A DNA stretch of 64,000 bases from an uncultured Acidimicrobiia bacterium (GCA_963786955.1 CAWBAT010000004.1:672001-736000), one strand, 5' to 3'; positions 51,808-61,874 are shown, counted from the first letter of the stretch. Numbers and translations: made by a program. The notes: generated by a model not told the origin, from the letters alone.

Positions 51808-51832
51808 TACGATCAATTTTTTCCCTTGTAAA
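51804..51832 (-). promoter_or_regulatory. Sigma70 promoter for the methyltransferase operon (TTTACA-N17-TATTCT)
   Basis: -35 at 51832-51827, -10 at 51809-51804, exactly 17-bp spacer. Confidence 0.6.
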
Positions 51833-51851
51833 GCAAAATTCAGTAGTTTTT

Positions 51852-52019
51852 GTAATGCGTTAGTTACGGGGGGAAATCTGTAAGGGCAAGGCCTTCGGTG
51901 ACGATTTGAGATTGTCGCTTCTGTAGCGGCTGAGTGGCTAGGGACGGACCGCCGGGCCGTCCGCGGCGCGCTCGGCGAGCGCGCCCTACCAGAAATCCCC
52001 CCGATAACTAACGCATTAC
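51852..52019. mobile_element. 168-bp MITE-like element with 15-bp perfect TIRs and 8-bp target duplication
   Basis: TIR GTAATGCGTTAGTTA / TAACTAACGCATTAC; TAGTTTTT at 51844-51851 and 52020-52027; internal REP-like hairpin doublet at 51937-51990. Confidence 0.8.
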
Positions 52020-52240
52020 TAGTTTTTTTGCTTAAGAAGTCTGCCTTGGGGTCGGCCCAATGGGCAGAGAAATTGAGCACCCCTTCAGAGCCTAAGGGCA
52101 GAAACAATGTGTGATGGTATGGACGAAACTTGCAGGCCGCAACTTCGAAACCCGAGAGGCATCCAACGGGCTTCCCACAGCCGAGAATGTTGATGACGCG
52201 CGTCAGCTCAAAAAAATTGCCCAGCCATTCAATGCCGGCT

Positions 52241-52972
52241 ATGAAACCGATCATCCGGACATCTTTGAGTGATGAGATTGTCGAACGGATTATCGTTCTG
52301 ATCTCGGAGAGAGTGCTTAAACCCGGAGAACGTCTTCCTTCTGAGAAGGACTTGGCCAGCCAGTTTGGAGTGGGACGCACCACCGTTCGGGAGGCCCTGC
52401 GTTCTCTCGCAGTATTGGGAATTGTGGACGGGCGAGTCGGTGAAGGGACATTTGTTTCCAGCACAAACCGGCGTTACCTCGAAAAAGCGTTACAGTGGGG
52501 CTTGTTGATTGACCGGAAAGATGTCCAGGATTTGATTGAAACGCGCCTTCTCCTCGAATCACAGACCGCCTATTGGGCGGCTCACCGGGCAAATCAAGGC
52601 AATCTTAAGGAAATCGCAGAAGCCATTCAAGGAATGGTGCAATCGATTCATGACCCTGAAGGCTATTTGCGGTCTGATTTGAAGTTCCACATTTCCATTG
52701 CGCAATCCAGTCAGAACTCTATCCTTTATCACCTCGTCAGCATGACGCGCGGATATCTTCAAGCCTGGATCCAAAGAAGTCTCTCTCGCCCGACTCCTCG
52801 CAAAGCTCAGCAGCGGGCAGAGATTTCAATCCAAGAACATCGGAATATCTTTCAAGCCATTCGGTCCGGAGATGCTGAGGGAGCCCGTCAGGCCATGAGT
52901 GCGCATATCCTTTCGAGCAGCCAAGACCTACAGTCCTGGCTGGCCCGGAAAAAAATCCCGAAGGGAGGCTAG
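52241..52972 (+). CDS. FadR/GntR-family transcriptional regulator (start uncertain, 52187-52241)
   Basis: LKPGERLPSEKDLA..FGVGRTTVREAL; FCD domain DLKFH...EH. Confidence 0.92.
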   Translation: MKPIIRTSLSDEIVERIIVLISERVLKPGERLPSEKDLASQFGVGRTTVREALRSLAVLGIVDGRVGEGTFVSSTNRRYLEKALQWGLLIDRKDVQDLIETRLLLESQTAYWAAHRANQGNLKEIAEAIQGMVQSIHDPEGYLRSDLKFHISIAQSSQNSILYHLVSMTRGYLQAWIQRSLSRPTPRKAQQRAEISIQEHRNIFQAIRSGDAEGARQAMSAHILSSSQDLQSWLARKKIPKGG

Positions 52973-52978
52973 AGACTC

Positions 52979-53833
52979 TTGAGACAGACGGCAAAGCTGC
53001 TGGTTTCCTGCAACGATCGGAAAGGACTGGTCGCTCACATTTCGGATTTCATCTATCGAAATGGCGGTAACATTCTGGACTTCGACCATCACACAGACCT
53101 CGAAGCCGGCGTATTCCTGGCCCGGATAGAATGGGAGCTCAAAGACTTCCAGATTCCAAGTACTCAAATCGCCGCAGCTTTTTCGAGCCTGGCCTCGGAT
53201 TTTCAAATTCGTTACCAGGTCTACCTTGGCGACCAGGTCCCTAAGATTGCCATCTTTGTCTCGAAACTGCCTCACTGCCTGGTTGACCTGCTTTTGCGAA
53301 ATCAGGCTGGAGAGTTCAAAGCGGACATCACATTGATTCTCAGTAATCATACTGATGTCGAGGAAATTGCGAGGTCATTCGGGATTCCGTTCATGCATTT
53401 CCCCATCACGCCACAGAACAAAGTGCAACAGGAAGAAGCCCAGATTCGAGAGATTCTCCACCGAGAAGTCGAGCTGATTGTTCTGGCGCGATATATGCAA
53501 ATTCTCAGTGAGCATTTTGTGTCAACTTTTCCGAACCGCATCATCAACATTCACCATTCTTTTTTGCCTGCCTTCATTGGAGCGGCCCCTTATCATCAAG
53601 CCTTTGCGCGAGGAGTCAAATTAATCGGAGCAACAGGCCATTACGTGACGACGGCGCTCGACAATGGCCCCATCATTGAACAGGAAACAGCCCGGGTGAG
53701 TCATCGGGACTCAGTTGAAGATTTGATCCGGAAAGGACGCGACCTGGAAAAATCAGTGCTGGCACGCGCCGTGCGTCTCCATTTATTGCGTAAAGTTCTG
53801 ACTTATGGGAATAGGACTGTTGTCTTCGACTGA
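52979..53833 (+). CDS. purU: Formyltetrahydrofolate deformylase
   Basis: ACT domain, LARYMQILS, NIHHSFLPAF.GA.PY, GVKLIGAT. Confidence 0.95.
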   Translation: MRQTAKLLVSCNDRKGLVAHISDFIYRNGGNILDFDHHTDLEAGVFLARIEWELKDFQIPSTQIAAAFSSLASDFQIRYQVYLGDQVPKIAIFVSKLPHCLVDLLLRNQAGEFKADITLILSNHTDVEEIARSFGIPFMHFPITPQNKVQQEEAQIREILHREVELIVLARYMQILSEHFVSTFPNRIINIHHSFLPAFIGAAPYHQAFARGVKLIGATGHYVTTALDNGPIIEQETARVSHRDSVEDLIRKGRDLEKSVLARAVRLHLLRKVLTYGNRTVVFD

Positions 53834-53965
53834 TGGCATATCGCCTCTTCTGCCCTAAAGGTTAGCAAAGGACAGTTCTCCTTCATCCTCTGTAATCAGT
53901 CTCTCGTTATTGTGATAGCCTCCCGTAATCTTGCAAATTCAGCCAAATTATTTCGGAGGTTCTCG

Positions 53966-54762
53966 ATGAATAAACACCGATGGAGTTCTCTGCTTATAGG
54001 GTTTCTCTTTTCGTTATGGCAACACCTTTAATGTCCCAGGACCAACCCGCCGTCTATACAAGGGTCGCTTTCTGGAATATTGACCGGCAGTACTGGGAGG
54101 GCTATCAAAAAAACTTTGAAGAATATGACCAGCCCGTTTTTGAAAAACTCTTGGCTGATGGGGTGATTACTGAGTGGGGGGCGGACGCACAGGGTGTTCA
54201 CACAGCGGAAGGCGCCACGCATGCAAACTGGTTTTCGGCCAAGAGCATCGCCAACCTCGAGCGCGCTCTGGAGGAAGTCCAGAAAGGGATGTCGAAGATG
54301 TCTCCAGAAGTTCGGAAAAAATCTGAAACCGATTTTGCCGGTCCAAAGCACTATGACTTATTGTTCCATTCTGATTTCTATCGCTCTCGGCCAGCCAAGC
54401 TAGACAGTGGCTATGACATGACCAATATCATAAAGGTCAAACGTGGAAAAGCTGCGGAGTACAAGAAACTGTGGGAAAAATACACAAAGCCAATACTGGA
54501 TCAGCTCTTTAACGATGGCACCATCAAGACCTATGCGCTGTTTTCCGACTACATTCATACCGCCACCCCGGGAAATCAATACAGCTGGTATGTCGTGGCC
54601 GATGCGGCTGCTTTGGACAAAGTCGATGCGGCCTTTGACGCTGCCCGGAACAAGCGTACTCCCGAGGAGCGCGATGCGGTCATGCGGTCACTCGAAGAGA
54701 TTTCCGTCGAAGGATCTCATCGTGACGACATGTCCCGGATTTTACACTACAACTCGAAATAG
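53966..54762 (+). CDS. Secreted hypothetical protein with two related halves; apparent frameshift at 54008-54011
   Basis: GGAGG RBS + ATG 53966; adding one T gives the signal peptide MNKHRWSSLLIGFLFFVMATPLMS joined to ORF 53980-54762; repeats PVFEKLLADGVI / PILDQLFNDGTI. Confidence 0.7.
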
Positions 54763-55081
54763 AGTCTTCCCATCCGCCTGGAAACTGCAAGCGACCCATG
54801 GTTCACAAATCTGTTTTCCCTGGATGCCGGGGCTAAAGACCCCGGCCATTCAATCCAGTCACAATCCATTCCCTCTTCCCATTCCCTCTTCATCTTCCCG
54901 TCCTATCCGGATTGATGTCTTACCGGATGCTCTCTTCGTTTCAATCCTTTTGCAAGACGCCTTCGAAAAGGCGTCTTGCAAAATCGATCTCTCTATAAAT
55001 TTGAGCAGACCAACAAACTGCCTTTACCGCCTGACGAATATGCTTCACAACTACTGACAAAGAAAGGGAACGAGGCCTCTT

Positions 55082-56361
55082 CTACTTGTAACCTGCCGCC
55101 CCTAGCCCGGCTGCACGGCCTGTCACCCAGGCCCAGAGGAAATTGTATCCACCAATCGGGCCGAAGGCATCGAGCAGTTCTCCGCAGAGAAAAAGGCCCG
55201 GATACCTCCGGCTCTCCATAGTCCGGGGATTGATCTCCGACAAACTTACACCGCCTCCAGTGACCTCCGCTTTTTGGTAACCTTCATCCCCGCTCCAAGG
55301 GAGATTGCAGCGCACGAGGGCGTCCACCACACGCCGACGTTCTTCGCGTCTCAGTCTGGCAAGCCGGCAGGCTGATTCGACATTTGCTATTTTTAATAAC
55401 CCCTCCGCGAGCCGCTCCGGGAGCCGTGACGCACAACAGCACCAACCGTGCGTGCACCATCATTCCGAAGCAACAAATCCCATGCCCCGGAGTCGAGACT
55501 GGTCCAGCTTACCGACAGGCGCGCCGGAGGTCTGCCCTCAGTTAAAGAACGCACTGCCACATGGGAGACGTCCAGTACAGCCGGCCCACTGTAACCCCGG
55601 TGCGTAAAAAGAAAGCCACCGGTTGCAGTAGCCTTTCGCAACCCATCACTGGCCGTAATCCGCACCTGTAGTGACACACCTGCCAGGCCGCAGAACGGAG
55701 ACGACTTCGCCGTCAATGGTGTCAAAGCAGGATAAGTCGGATGAATAGTAAGTCCGAGCTTCTCTAGAATCGATAGTCCTCTTCCGTCACTGCCTGTCTT
55801 CGGGACGGAAAGCCCCCCAGTGGCTAAAACTACTGCATCCGCATCGAGCGGTGCTCCCCCTTCCCGTTCCACTCGCCAGGAACCCTGTTGGGGAGTGAGG
55901 CCTGTCATCCGACTATGAGGCATAAACTTCACACCCTTCCTGGCTCCCAGCATGAGAAGACCATCACGAACGTCTCGCGCGCATTGTGAGGCAGGAAATA
56001 ATTTTCCAGACTCCTCTTCTTCTTCCAGAGGAAGTCCAAGCTCTCGTTCAAAAAATATGATTTGCTCATGGAGCGCCCACGAGCGAATCATTTTCCGCAG
56101 CGTGTTGGGCGAAGAATCGGTAACGAACCGTGATTCATCGAGCCGTGCCGGAAGGATATTGCAGCGCCCCCCTCCGCTGATCAGTACCTTGCGCCCACCC
56201 TCATGTGTGCTCTCAAGCAACAGCGTTTCTGCCCCTGTTGCTGCAGCAAAAATCGCGGCCATTGAACCAGCCGCCCCTGCCCCAATCACCAATACCCGCC
56301 GCCGTTTGCCTTTAGAAGAGCTGGAATAGAATTGGGGTGTCACTGCGATGCTATTCTCCAT
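55082..56361 (-). CDS. HI0933/YhiN(BaiN)-family flavoprotein, split by an apparent frameshift near 55424-55428
   Basis: GAGAAG, GRKVLISGGGRCN, ATGGLS, LFTHRGYSGP; C-part AEVTGGGV...GELLD..GPIGGYNF in ORF 55082-55330. Confidence 0.88.
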
Positions 56362-56574
56362 ATTCTGAAGAGCGCGGGGCGGGATGTGCCAGTCAACCCT
56401 CCCGAACATAGCGGTTCCACCCATTCCCCCAGACGGTGTGAAAGAATTGATGAGCGGGCTTATTGAGGGTTTGTAGTGACGACTTTAGTCGTTTCTTTTC
56501 AACCTGACTCTGGCACGACTGAAGTCGTTACTATGATCGTTTCACACCTTCCCATCCAGCAGGGGATGAATGCG

Positions 56575-58221
56575 CTACTGAGACGGCAGAAAGTTATCGA
56601 GTACTTTGATTTCATCGTTAGAGATTTCCTTATCGAGTTGGTAGGGGACTTTGGCCTGGCGAAGATCATTACCAAAGAGAACAATGTCGCGAGTTCCTTT
56701 TCCCAGGACTTTTAGAAAAACAGCCGTTCCCTGTGGGGCCCGCGAGTTTCGGACCATAGCGTCCGTGACCTTATCAAGAACCACAGCGGGCAGGTCCTTG
56801 CCTAACCCGGCTTGTCGTCCGGTGAACCCATCGAGTTGGAGGCCATTGACATCTTCGAAGTAGAGCGCACTCTCCCATTGTTTCAGGGCTGGTTCTTCCC
56901 AGACCACTTCGAGGTCCTTGACTTTGAGATTCTTCAACCATCGGTATTTCATGGCGTGCACGGCCGAATCATAAGGCGCGTCAGGATCGGTGGTAAGGAA
57001 TAGCTTGATATTTTCGAGCCGGAGGCCGTCGAGCCAGCTGTCCGGATGTCCATTAATGATGGAAGTCCCCTTACCGCGGGCAATCACATTCTGGATCAGC
57101 ACATTTCGAATCGAACCTGCCGGCGGTTCATCCGCCTTGGGAGTTTGTCCCATCCATTCGCTTTTTCGTGTAATTCTGAAATAGAAGGGCTGCGCATCAC
57201 CCGCCCAAAACCAATCGAAACGATTGCATTCGATAACGAGATTGGAGAGCACTACGTCGGTCACATAGCCACCCTCCGTGACGGAAAACACAAACCCGCG
57301 GTTGACATTGGTCATGACCGTATTGTCCACCACAATGTTCCGGACCCCCACCCAATTCCCTTCGCTGAACTTGATGCCTGCGGAGGCCGATGAAAGTCGG
57401 CAATTCGTCACGGTTATATTTTCGCAGGGCAGTGCAGGCCCCCAGACGTTGGACGAAATGAAGATAATGCAATCATCACCCGTCTCAATCGTGCTATTTG
57501 AGATGTGGACGTCTTTACATCCGTCGAGATCGATGCCATCCGCCCAAACGGCTTCCTTCAAGCTTGTATAGATATAAACACCGTCGACGACCATCCGCTC
57601 AGTGGCATAAGAAGAAATTGTCCAACTGGGCGAATGAAGTAACGACAGCCCCGTGATACGCACGTCTTTGCACCTTTTCAACCACACCAAAAAAGGATAG
57701 AGGGAGCGTTGAGGAAAGCCCTTTGGAAATGTCCTCATGATCGGCTTCCCCGTAGCCAGCATCGAGCGCTTGTGGCCGTAACCATGCTCATGGTCATCTT
57801 CCCGCCACTCATACTCAGCTTGGCCGTCAACCGTCCCTCGCCCCTCAATCGTGATGTTTTCCACCCCTTCGCCATACAGCAACCCGGAGTGGTTTGGCTC
57901 TTTCCGGTCAAAATCTTTCACGTCTTTTGATCCAAACAGCGTTGCTCCTGCTTCAATATAGATGCTCACGTGGCTACGGAGGTAAATAGTACCGGAGGTG
58001 TACTCCCCAGGGGGAAGATACACCGTCCCTCCACCCGCTGCGGCGCAGGTTTCAATGGCTTTCTGAATGGCCGGGCGGGCGTTGTCTGACTTTACCCCCG
58101 TTGCCCCGTAATCTCTGACGTTAAAGATTGCCTTGTCGGATGCATAAAGATTAGAGCTGGCGGAGAGCATCATGAAAATGACAATTGCTGGTAATAATTT
58201 CACTAAATTTGATTGGTTCAT
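56575..58221 (-). CDS. Secreted GH28-like (polygalacturonase family) beta-helix glycoside hydrolase
   Basis: FNVRDYGA, GGGTVYLPPG, DGID, TGDDCI, GIKF; signal peptide. Confidence 0.85.
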   Translation of the reverse strand: MNQSNLVKLLPAIVIFMMLSASSNLYASDKAIFNVRDYGATGVKSDNARPAIQKAIETCAAAGGGTVYLPPGEYTSGTIYLRSHVSIYIEAGATLFGSKDVKDFDRKEPNHSGLLYGEGVENITIEGRGTVDGQAEYEWREDDHEHGYGHKRSMLATGKPIMRTFPKGFPQRSLYPFLVWLKRCKDVRITGLSLLHSPSWTISSYATERMVVDGVYIYTSLKEAVWADGIDLDGCKDVHISNSTIETGDDCIIFISSNVWGPALPCENITVTNCRLSSASAGIKFSEGNWVGVRNIVVDNTVMTNVNRGFVFSVTEGGYVTDVVLSNLVIECNRFDWFWAGDAQPFYFRITRKSEWMGQTPKADEPPAGSIRNVLIQNVIARGKGTSIINGHPDSWLDGLRLENIKLFLTTDPDAPYDSAVHAMKYRWLKNLKVKDLEVVWEEPALKQWESALYFEDVNGLQLDGFTGRQAGLGKDLPAVVLDKVTDAMVRNSRAPQGTAVFLKVLGKGTRDIVLFGNDLRQAKVPYQLDKEISNDEIKVLDNFLPSQ

Positions 58222-58669
58222 AAGGGTCCTCCTAGCATTTCGTAGATAGATTTAGCGGGGTTGCCAGAATGCTCCCGAAATAATTCCGCAGGCATTCAAG
58301 CGGGGCATCGCCATGTCACTGTTATTTACATGTTCCGTTATCACGGGCAGCTAAGGCTCAGCGCACCACGAAAGCTTGGGAAGAGCTCAAGAAAAGCAAG
58401 TAGACTTCCCCTTGGCAGCTTTTGGGAATTCTCCGGATCGGAAACAAGCGAAAGCAGGCCCCCCTATGTCATTCCAAGTATGTGGGTTTCAATGCTTATC
58501 AGTCAAATCTAGTTGGCGCAATTGGACATTCCAATTAACTCTCCGCGAATATCTGTACGATGAATTGGATAGGACCATTTTTTTGCCGAGTCAACAACCC
58601 ACCGTGACCCAGTTAGTCGAATAATCAGTACGGAATAGAAACAGTTTCTGCATGTTAATCTATTAAAGC

Positions 58670-59731
58670 ATGAAAACTTTTTGGCGCATTAAACAAAGCC
58701 TTCCCGGTGTCGTGGGCATTTTGATTCTCATGGAATTCTATATGGGGATGGCTCCAAGAATTGCGAAGGGGGCCGAACAAGAGCCGGAACCATCACCCTT
58801 TTCCATTAAAGTGAATGTCGATCTTGTCATTTTGAACCTTACCGTCATGGATGAGAAGGAGGAAGTCGTCACTTCGTTGAGACGAGACGATTTCATCATT
58901 TACGAGGATGATGTGAAGCAAGACGTCGCCGATTTTCTGCCCGTCGAAATACCATTTAAGCTGGTATTGGTCATCGATACCAGCATCAGTACTCGCTCCA
59001 GTATCCGACTGATCAAAAAAGCCGCCATTCATTTTACCGAGCAATTGCGTCCCGCCGACCGAATTGCCGTCATCGAAATCAGCTCCTCAGTAAAATTAGC
59101 GCAGGATTTTACCAGTGATCGAAGAAGGTTACAGCGGTCTATCGACGATATCACTTCTTCTTCTTCTGGAGGCTCCAAAATCTACGATGGCTTAGCTCAA
59201 GCAATCCATTCTCTGCGGCAAGGGGAAGCGGGCCGTCACGCGGTCATTCTACTCAGTGACGACATGGAGAATTCCAGCCGAATGGGCTTTCCTGAACTTC
59301 GTCGCTTACTAGCTCAATCCGACGCCGTGTTTTATCCCGTCACCATTGTGAACAGACAAAACGAGAGAGACATGTTGGAAGATTTCATCAAAAACGCAGA
59401 CCAGAACAATCCGGATGAGGTTTCCACTGTTGAAAATGCCAAATTCAGCCTTTCATTTTTGGAAGAAGTCTATCAGATCCAAACGGAGCGATTACAGTCT
59501 CTAACAGAAGAGTCAGGAGGGCGGAGATTTCTGGTTAGTGATCTGGGAGACCTGGCAGAGGAGTACGCCAAAGTTGCCCACGAATTGCGCAATACGATGA
59601 GTTTGGCCTATTACTCAAAGAATCGAACGCCAGATGACAATATTCGCAAGATCCGAGTTGAAGTAAAGAAACCTGGTTACCGTGTACGCTGCAGAACCAG
59701 TTACTCTCTTCCCGAAGACTCGGTAAATTGA
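58670..59731 (+). CDS. VWFA-related acidobacterial domain protein
   Basis: IKVNVDLV, DF.IYEDDVKQ, MIDAS DTSIS, ESGGR, LAYYS. Confidence 0.85.
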   Translation: MKTFWRIKQSLPGVVGILILMEFYMGMAPRIAKGAEQEPEPSPFSIKVNVDLVILNLTVMDEKEEVVTSLRRDDFIIYEDDVKQDVADFLPVEIPFKLVLVIDTSISTRSSIRLIKKAAIHFTEQLRPADRIAVIEISSSVKLAQDFTSDRRRLQRSIDDITSSSSGGSKIYDGLAQAIHSLRQGEAGRHAVILLSDDMENSSRMGFPELRRLLAQSDAVFYPVTIVNRQNERDMLEDFIKNADQNNPDEVSTVENAKFSLSFLEEVYQIQTERLQSLTEESGGRRFLVSDLGDLAEEYAKVAHELRNTMSLAYYSKNRTPDDNIRKIRVEVKKPGYRVRCRTSYSLPEDSVN

Positions 59732-59740
59732 TCTCATAAG

Positions 59741-59793
59741 GCAGGTGGGGACGCCTGCACGACGCGATTGTGGTGCGGGCCTCTGGCCTGCAC
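59741..59793. repeat. REP-like GC-rich hairpin doublet
   Basis: GCAGGTGGGGACGCCTGCACGAC and GTGGTGCGGGCCTCTGGCCTGCAC in inverted orientation between convergent genes. Confidence 0.5.
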
Positions 59794-59871
59794 AAGTGTC
59801 CAGACTTGAGTGAAGGCGCGGGGCGGAGCGAGCGTTACAGGTGGGACAAAGATGGGCTTTAGTTCCCTGTT

Positions 59872-61047
59872 TTAGGCACCGAACACCACTTGCTCGATGC
59901 GAGTATCGGTGTGGAGACGTTCTTTTCGGCCGTTCAGATCCAGTTGGTAAATCGCGCTGCCGTTAGAATAAATTAAAGTGCCATCCACAGCCAAATCATA
60001 CGATAAAACTCCTTTGGCAAGGATTTGTGATGCTCTTCCCTTCTGCTGACGAATGAGTTGCCAAGACTGCGGCACCAGAGCGGGCACGTCGTCGGTCTGG
60101 GTTTCACGTGACACCTTTTCGGCATCCAGCTGGTTTCCGAGAATCAACATCTGCTTCAGATCGATCTCTTTCCCCCTAGTTCCCCCTGCGGTCGTCAAAG
60201 GTTTACCAGTATAACGCACAGTAAAAAAATTAAGCCACTGGAAGAGAGCATGCAGGACATTCAGGGGAAGCATCACTAAATCCAAGACAGCCCGAAAGGG
60301 GTTAAAGCGGCTATAAGGTTTTTCATAAGGACGACGGATGGCGTAAATTGTCCCATGCGCATCCAGTCGAGGCCCCATGAAGTCAAACTTGGGGTCTTCC
60401 AGCAGACAGGACATTTCTCCGCTATCGAGATCGAGATGTTGAATGAGGTAGGGGCCACGCATCATCAAACGTCCTTGGCTATCTCGCCCCATGCCGGCCG
60501 ACTGAAATACGAGCATCCGCGACGCTCCGGGGACCCAATAGGGTGCAAGATCGGATGATTCCCCTTCCGTAATCTCGGTCAGATCCGATCCGTCGGCACG
60601 CATCGTTGCCAAATTGGCAATCCCCTGTGTGTGAAGGATGGAGCAAGCCACCAAATCCTGTTCACGGCTGGCACAGGGATTGCCCACCCGGCAATCGGAA
60701 CTATGGAATAAGCGCTGCTCACCATGACCTGAACCCTTAAGAGCAAAGATTCCGGAGATCTCATCCGTTTCCAGTGTATAAAGCAACTTGCCGGACTCGC
60801 GCCCTCGAGATAAACCAGTGATGGCGATTCGCAGCTGGGCCTGGTCCTGATCCTGGACGCCCCAGAGCATTCCTCCGGACATAAATTGCGCCCCACTGCC
60901 TTGGGTTTTCCAGACATAGCGCTGCCGCAACCGGATGGCCCGTTCATGGACATCCTTTCCAAATCCGCTTTCCACAGCCCTTATTGGAGCGTCACCCGTT
61001 TTGAAATAAATCTTGCTCTGGGACAAATAGGCAAAACTGGCCGTCAT
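59872..61047 (-). CDS. Hypothetical protein with TolB-like beta-propeller segments
   Basis: 391 aa; DGSDLTEITEGESSDLAPYW repeat-like motif. Confidence 0.65.
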   Translation of the reverse strand: MTASFAYLSQSKIYFKTGDAPIRAVESGFGKDVHERAIRLRQRYVWKTQGSGAQFMSGGMLWGVQDQDQAQLRIAITGLSRGRESGKLLYTLETDEISGIFALKGSGHGEQRLFHSSDCRVGNPCASREQDLVACSILHTQGIANLATMRADGSDLTEITEGESSDLAPYWVPGASRMLVFQSAGMGRDSQGRLMMRGPYLIQHLDLDSGEMSCLLEDPKFDFMGPRLDAHGTIYAIRRPYEKPYSRFNPFRAVLDLVMLPLNVLHALFQWLNFFTVRYTGKPLTTAGGTRGKEIDLKQMLILGNQLDAEKVSRETQTDDVPALVPQSWQLIRQQKGRASQILAKGVLSYDLAVDGTLIYSNGSAIYQLDLNGRKERLHTDTRIEQVVFGA

Positions 61048-61252
61048 TATTCCCGGTCCAGGAGATCAATATTTAGGTTCAAACATTCTATCGGCTGGCT
61101 ATTTCACAAATCTTAGGGATTCTGCAGACAGGGCTTTTTCCGCAAGTGATGGCCGATTCGCCCTCAAAGAGTTGCTTGCGGTGACTCACAGGTTGCCTGC
61201 CCCAATGATTCGGCAGCCGGGCAGGAATCACTCATCTTAATGAAGAATTTAA

Positions 61253-61501
61253 TTAAATATTTGGCATAGCGCGGTGGACTTCCCCCAAGGTTGTTTTAAG
61301 ATCTCTTCTTAGCTCTTCCCTATGGCCGATCTGTTCTCCGACCTTTCGGACAGCCAAACCTAATTCCCCCAGCCATTCGGAACCTGTCGCATAGGCAGTG
61401 CCCTGAACAGTTTCCAGTGAACAGGGATCTAATCCAGCCTCACGAAATTTTCCAATTACAGCATTGATGAAATGATAGAGTTCAGATGATGTGTTGGCCA
61501 T
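61253..61501 (-). CDS. Hypothetical small protein
   Basis: 82 aa ORF, ATGSEWLGELG motif, AGAGAG upstream. Confidence 0.5.
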   Translation of the reverse strand: MANTSSELYHFINAVIGKFREAGLDPCSLETVQGTAYATGSEWLGELGLAVRKVGEQIGHREELRRDLKTTLGEVHRAMPNI

Positions 61502-61749
61502 GAGTCTCTCTTGTTCTGATGAACCGCCATCTGATTTTCTTCTGTACTCGGCTGAAAGCTACTTAAGCAAGGACTGACTCAGACATGCATTCACTTTCCG
61601 ACCAGGCTTTGAGTTCTGACCGATCACACTAAATGGATAGGTTCTTCTGAGAGACAATATTCATTATCTTAACATCCGATTCACAGATTTATCTAGAATT
61701 GCCAAAATAGCTGTTCTGCGAGACATAACTTGGTTTGAGGGAGACTTAG

Positions 61750-61874
61750 TACTGCTATTCGTAATTGCGGTGACATATCTTAAGATAGGCGCCGCGTGGG
61801 GTCACGCGGCCTACAAAGTTGTAGGTCGGGGCACCGACCCGGCGTTAACGTTACCGTATTTATGAAAAGCAGTA
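61750..61874. mobile_element. 125-bp MITE-like element with imperfect TIRs and flanking CTTAG direct repeats
   Basis: TACTGCTATTCGTAATTGCGGTGAC ... GTTACCGTATTTATGAAAAGCAGTA; CTTAG at 61745-61749 and 61875-61879; two back-to-back GTAGG hairpins inside. Confidence 0.65.

Noticed and set aside
51691-52240. Cobalamin riboswitch upstream of the corrinoid operon
   Set aside because: No B12-box or AGGGAA/GCCACTG arrangement found; the structure is explained by the operator, promoter and MITE.
51784-52464. 226 aa minus-strand ORF and similar antisense or overlapping ORFs in the track (e.g. 45063-45740, 35089-35715, 54443-55057)
   Set aside because: They overlap well-supported genes or regulatory DNA and have no recognisable motifs; treated as shadow ORFs.
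54826-54846. GCCGGGG-CTAAAGA-CCCCGGC hairpin
   Set aside because: A single short stem without a U-tract or a second copy in the window; cannot distinguish REP from terminator.
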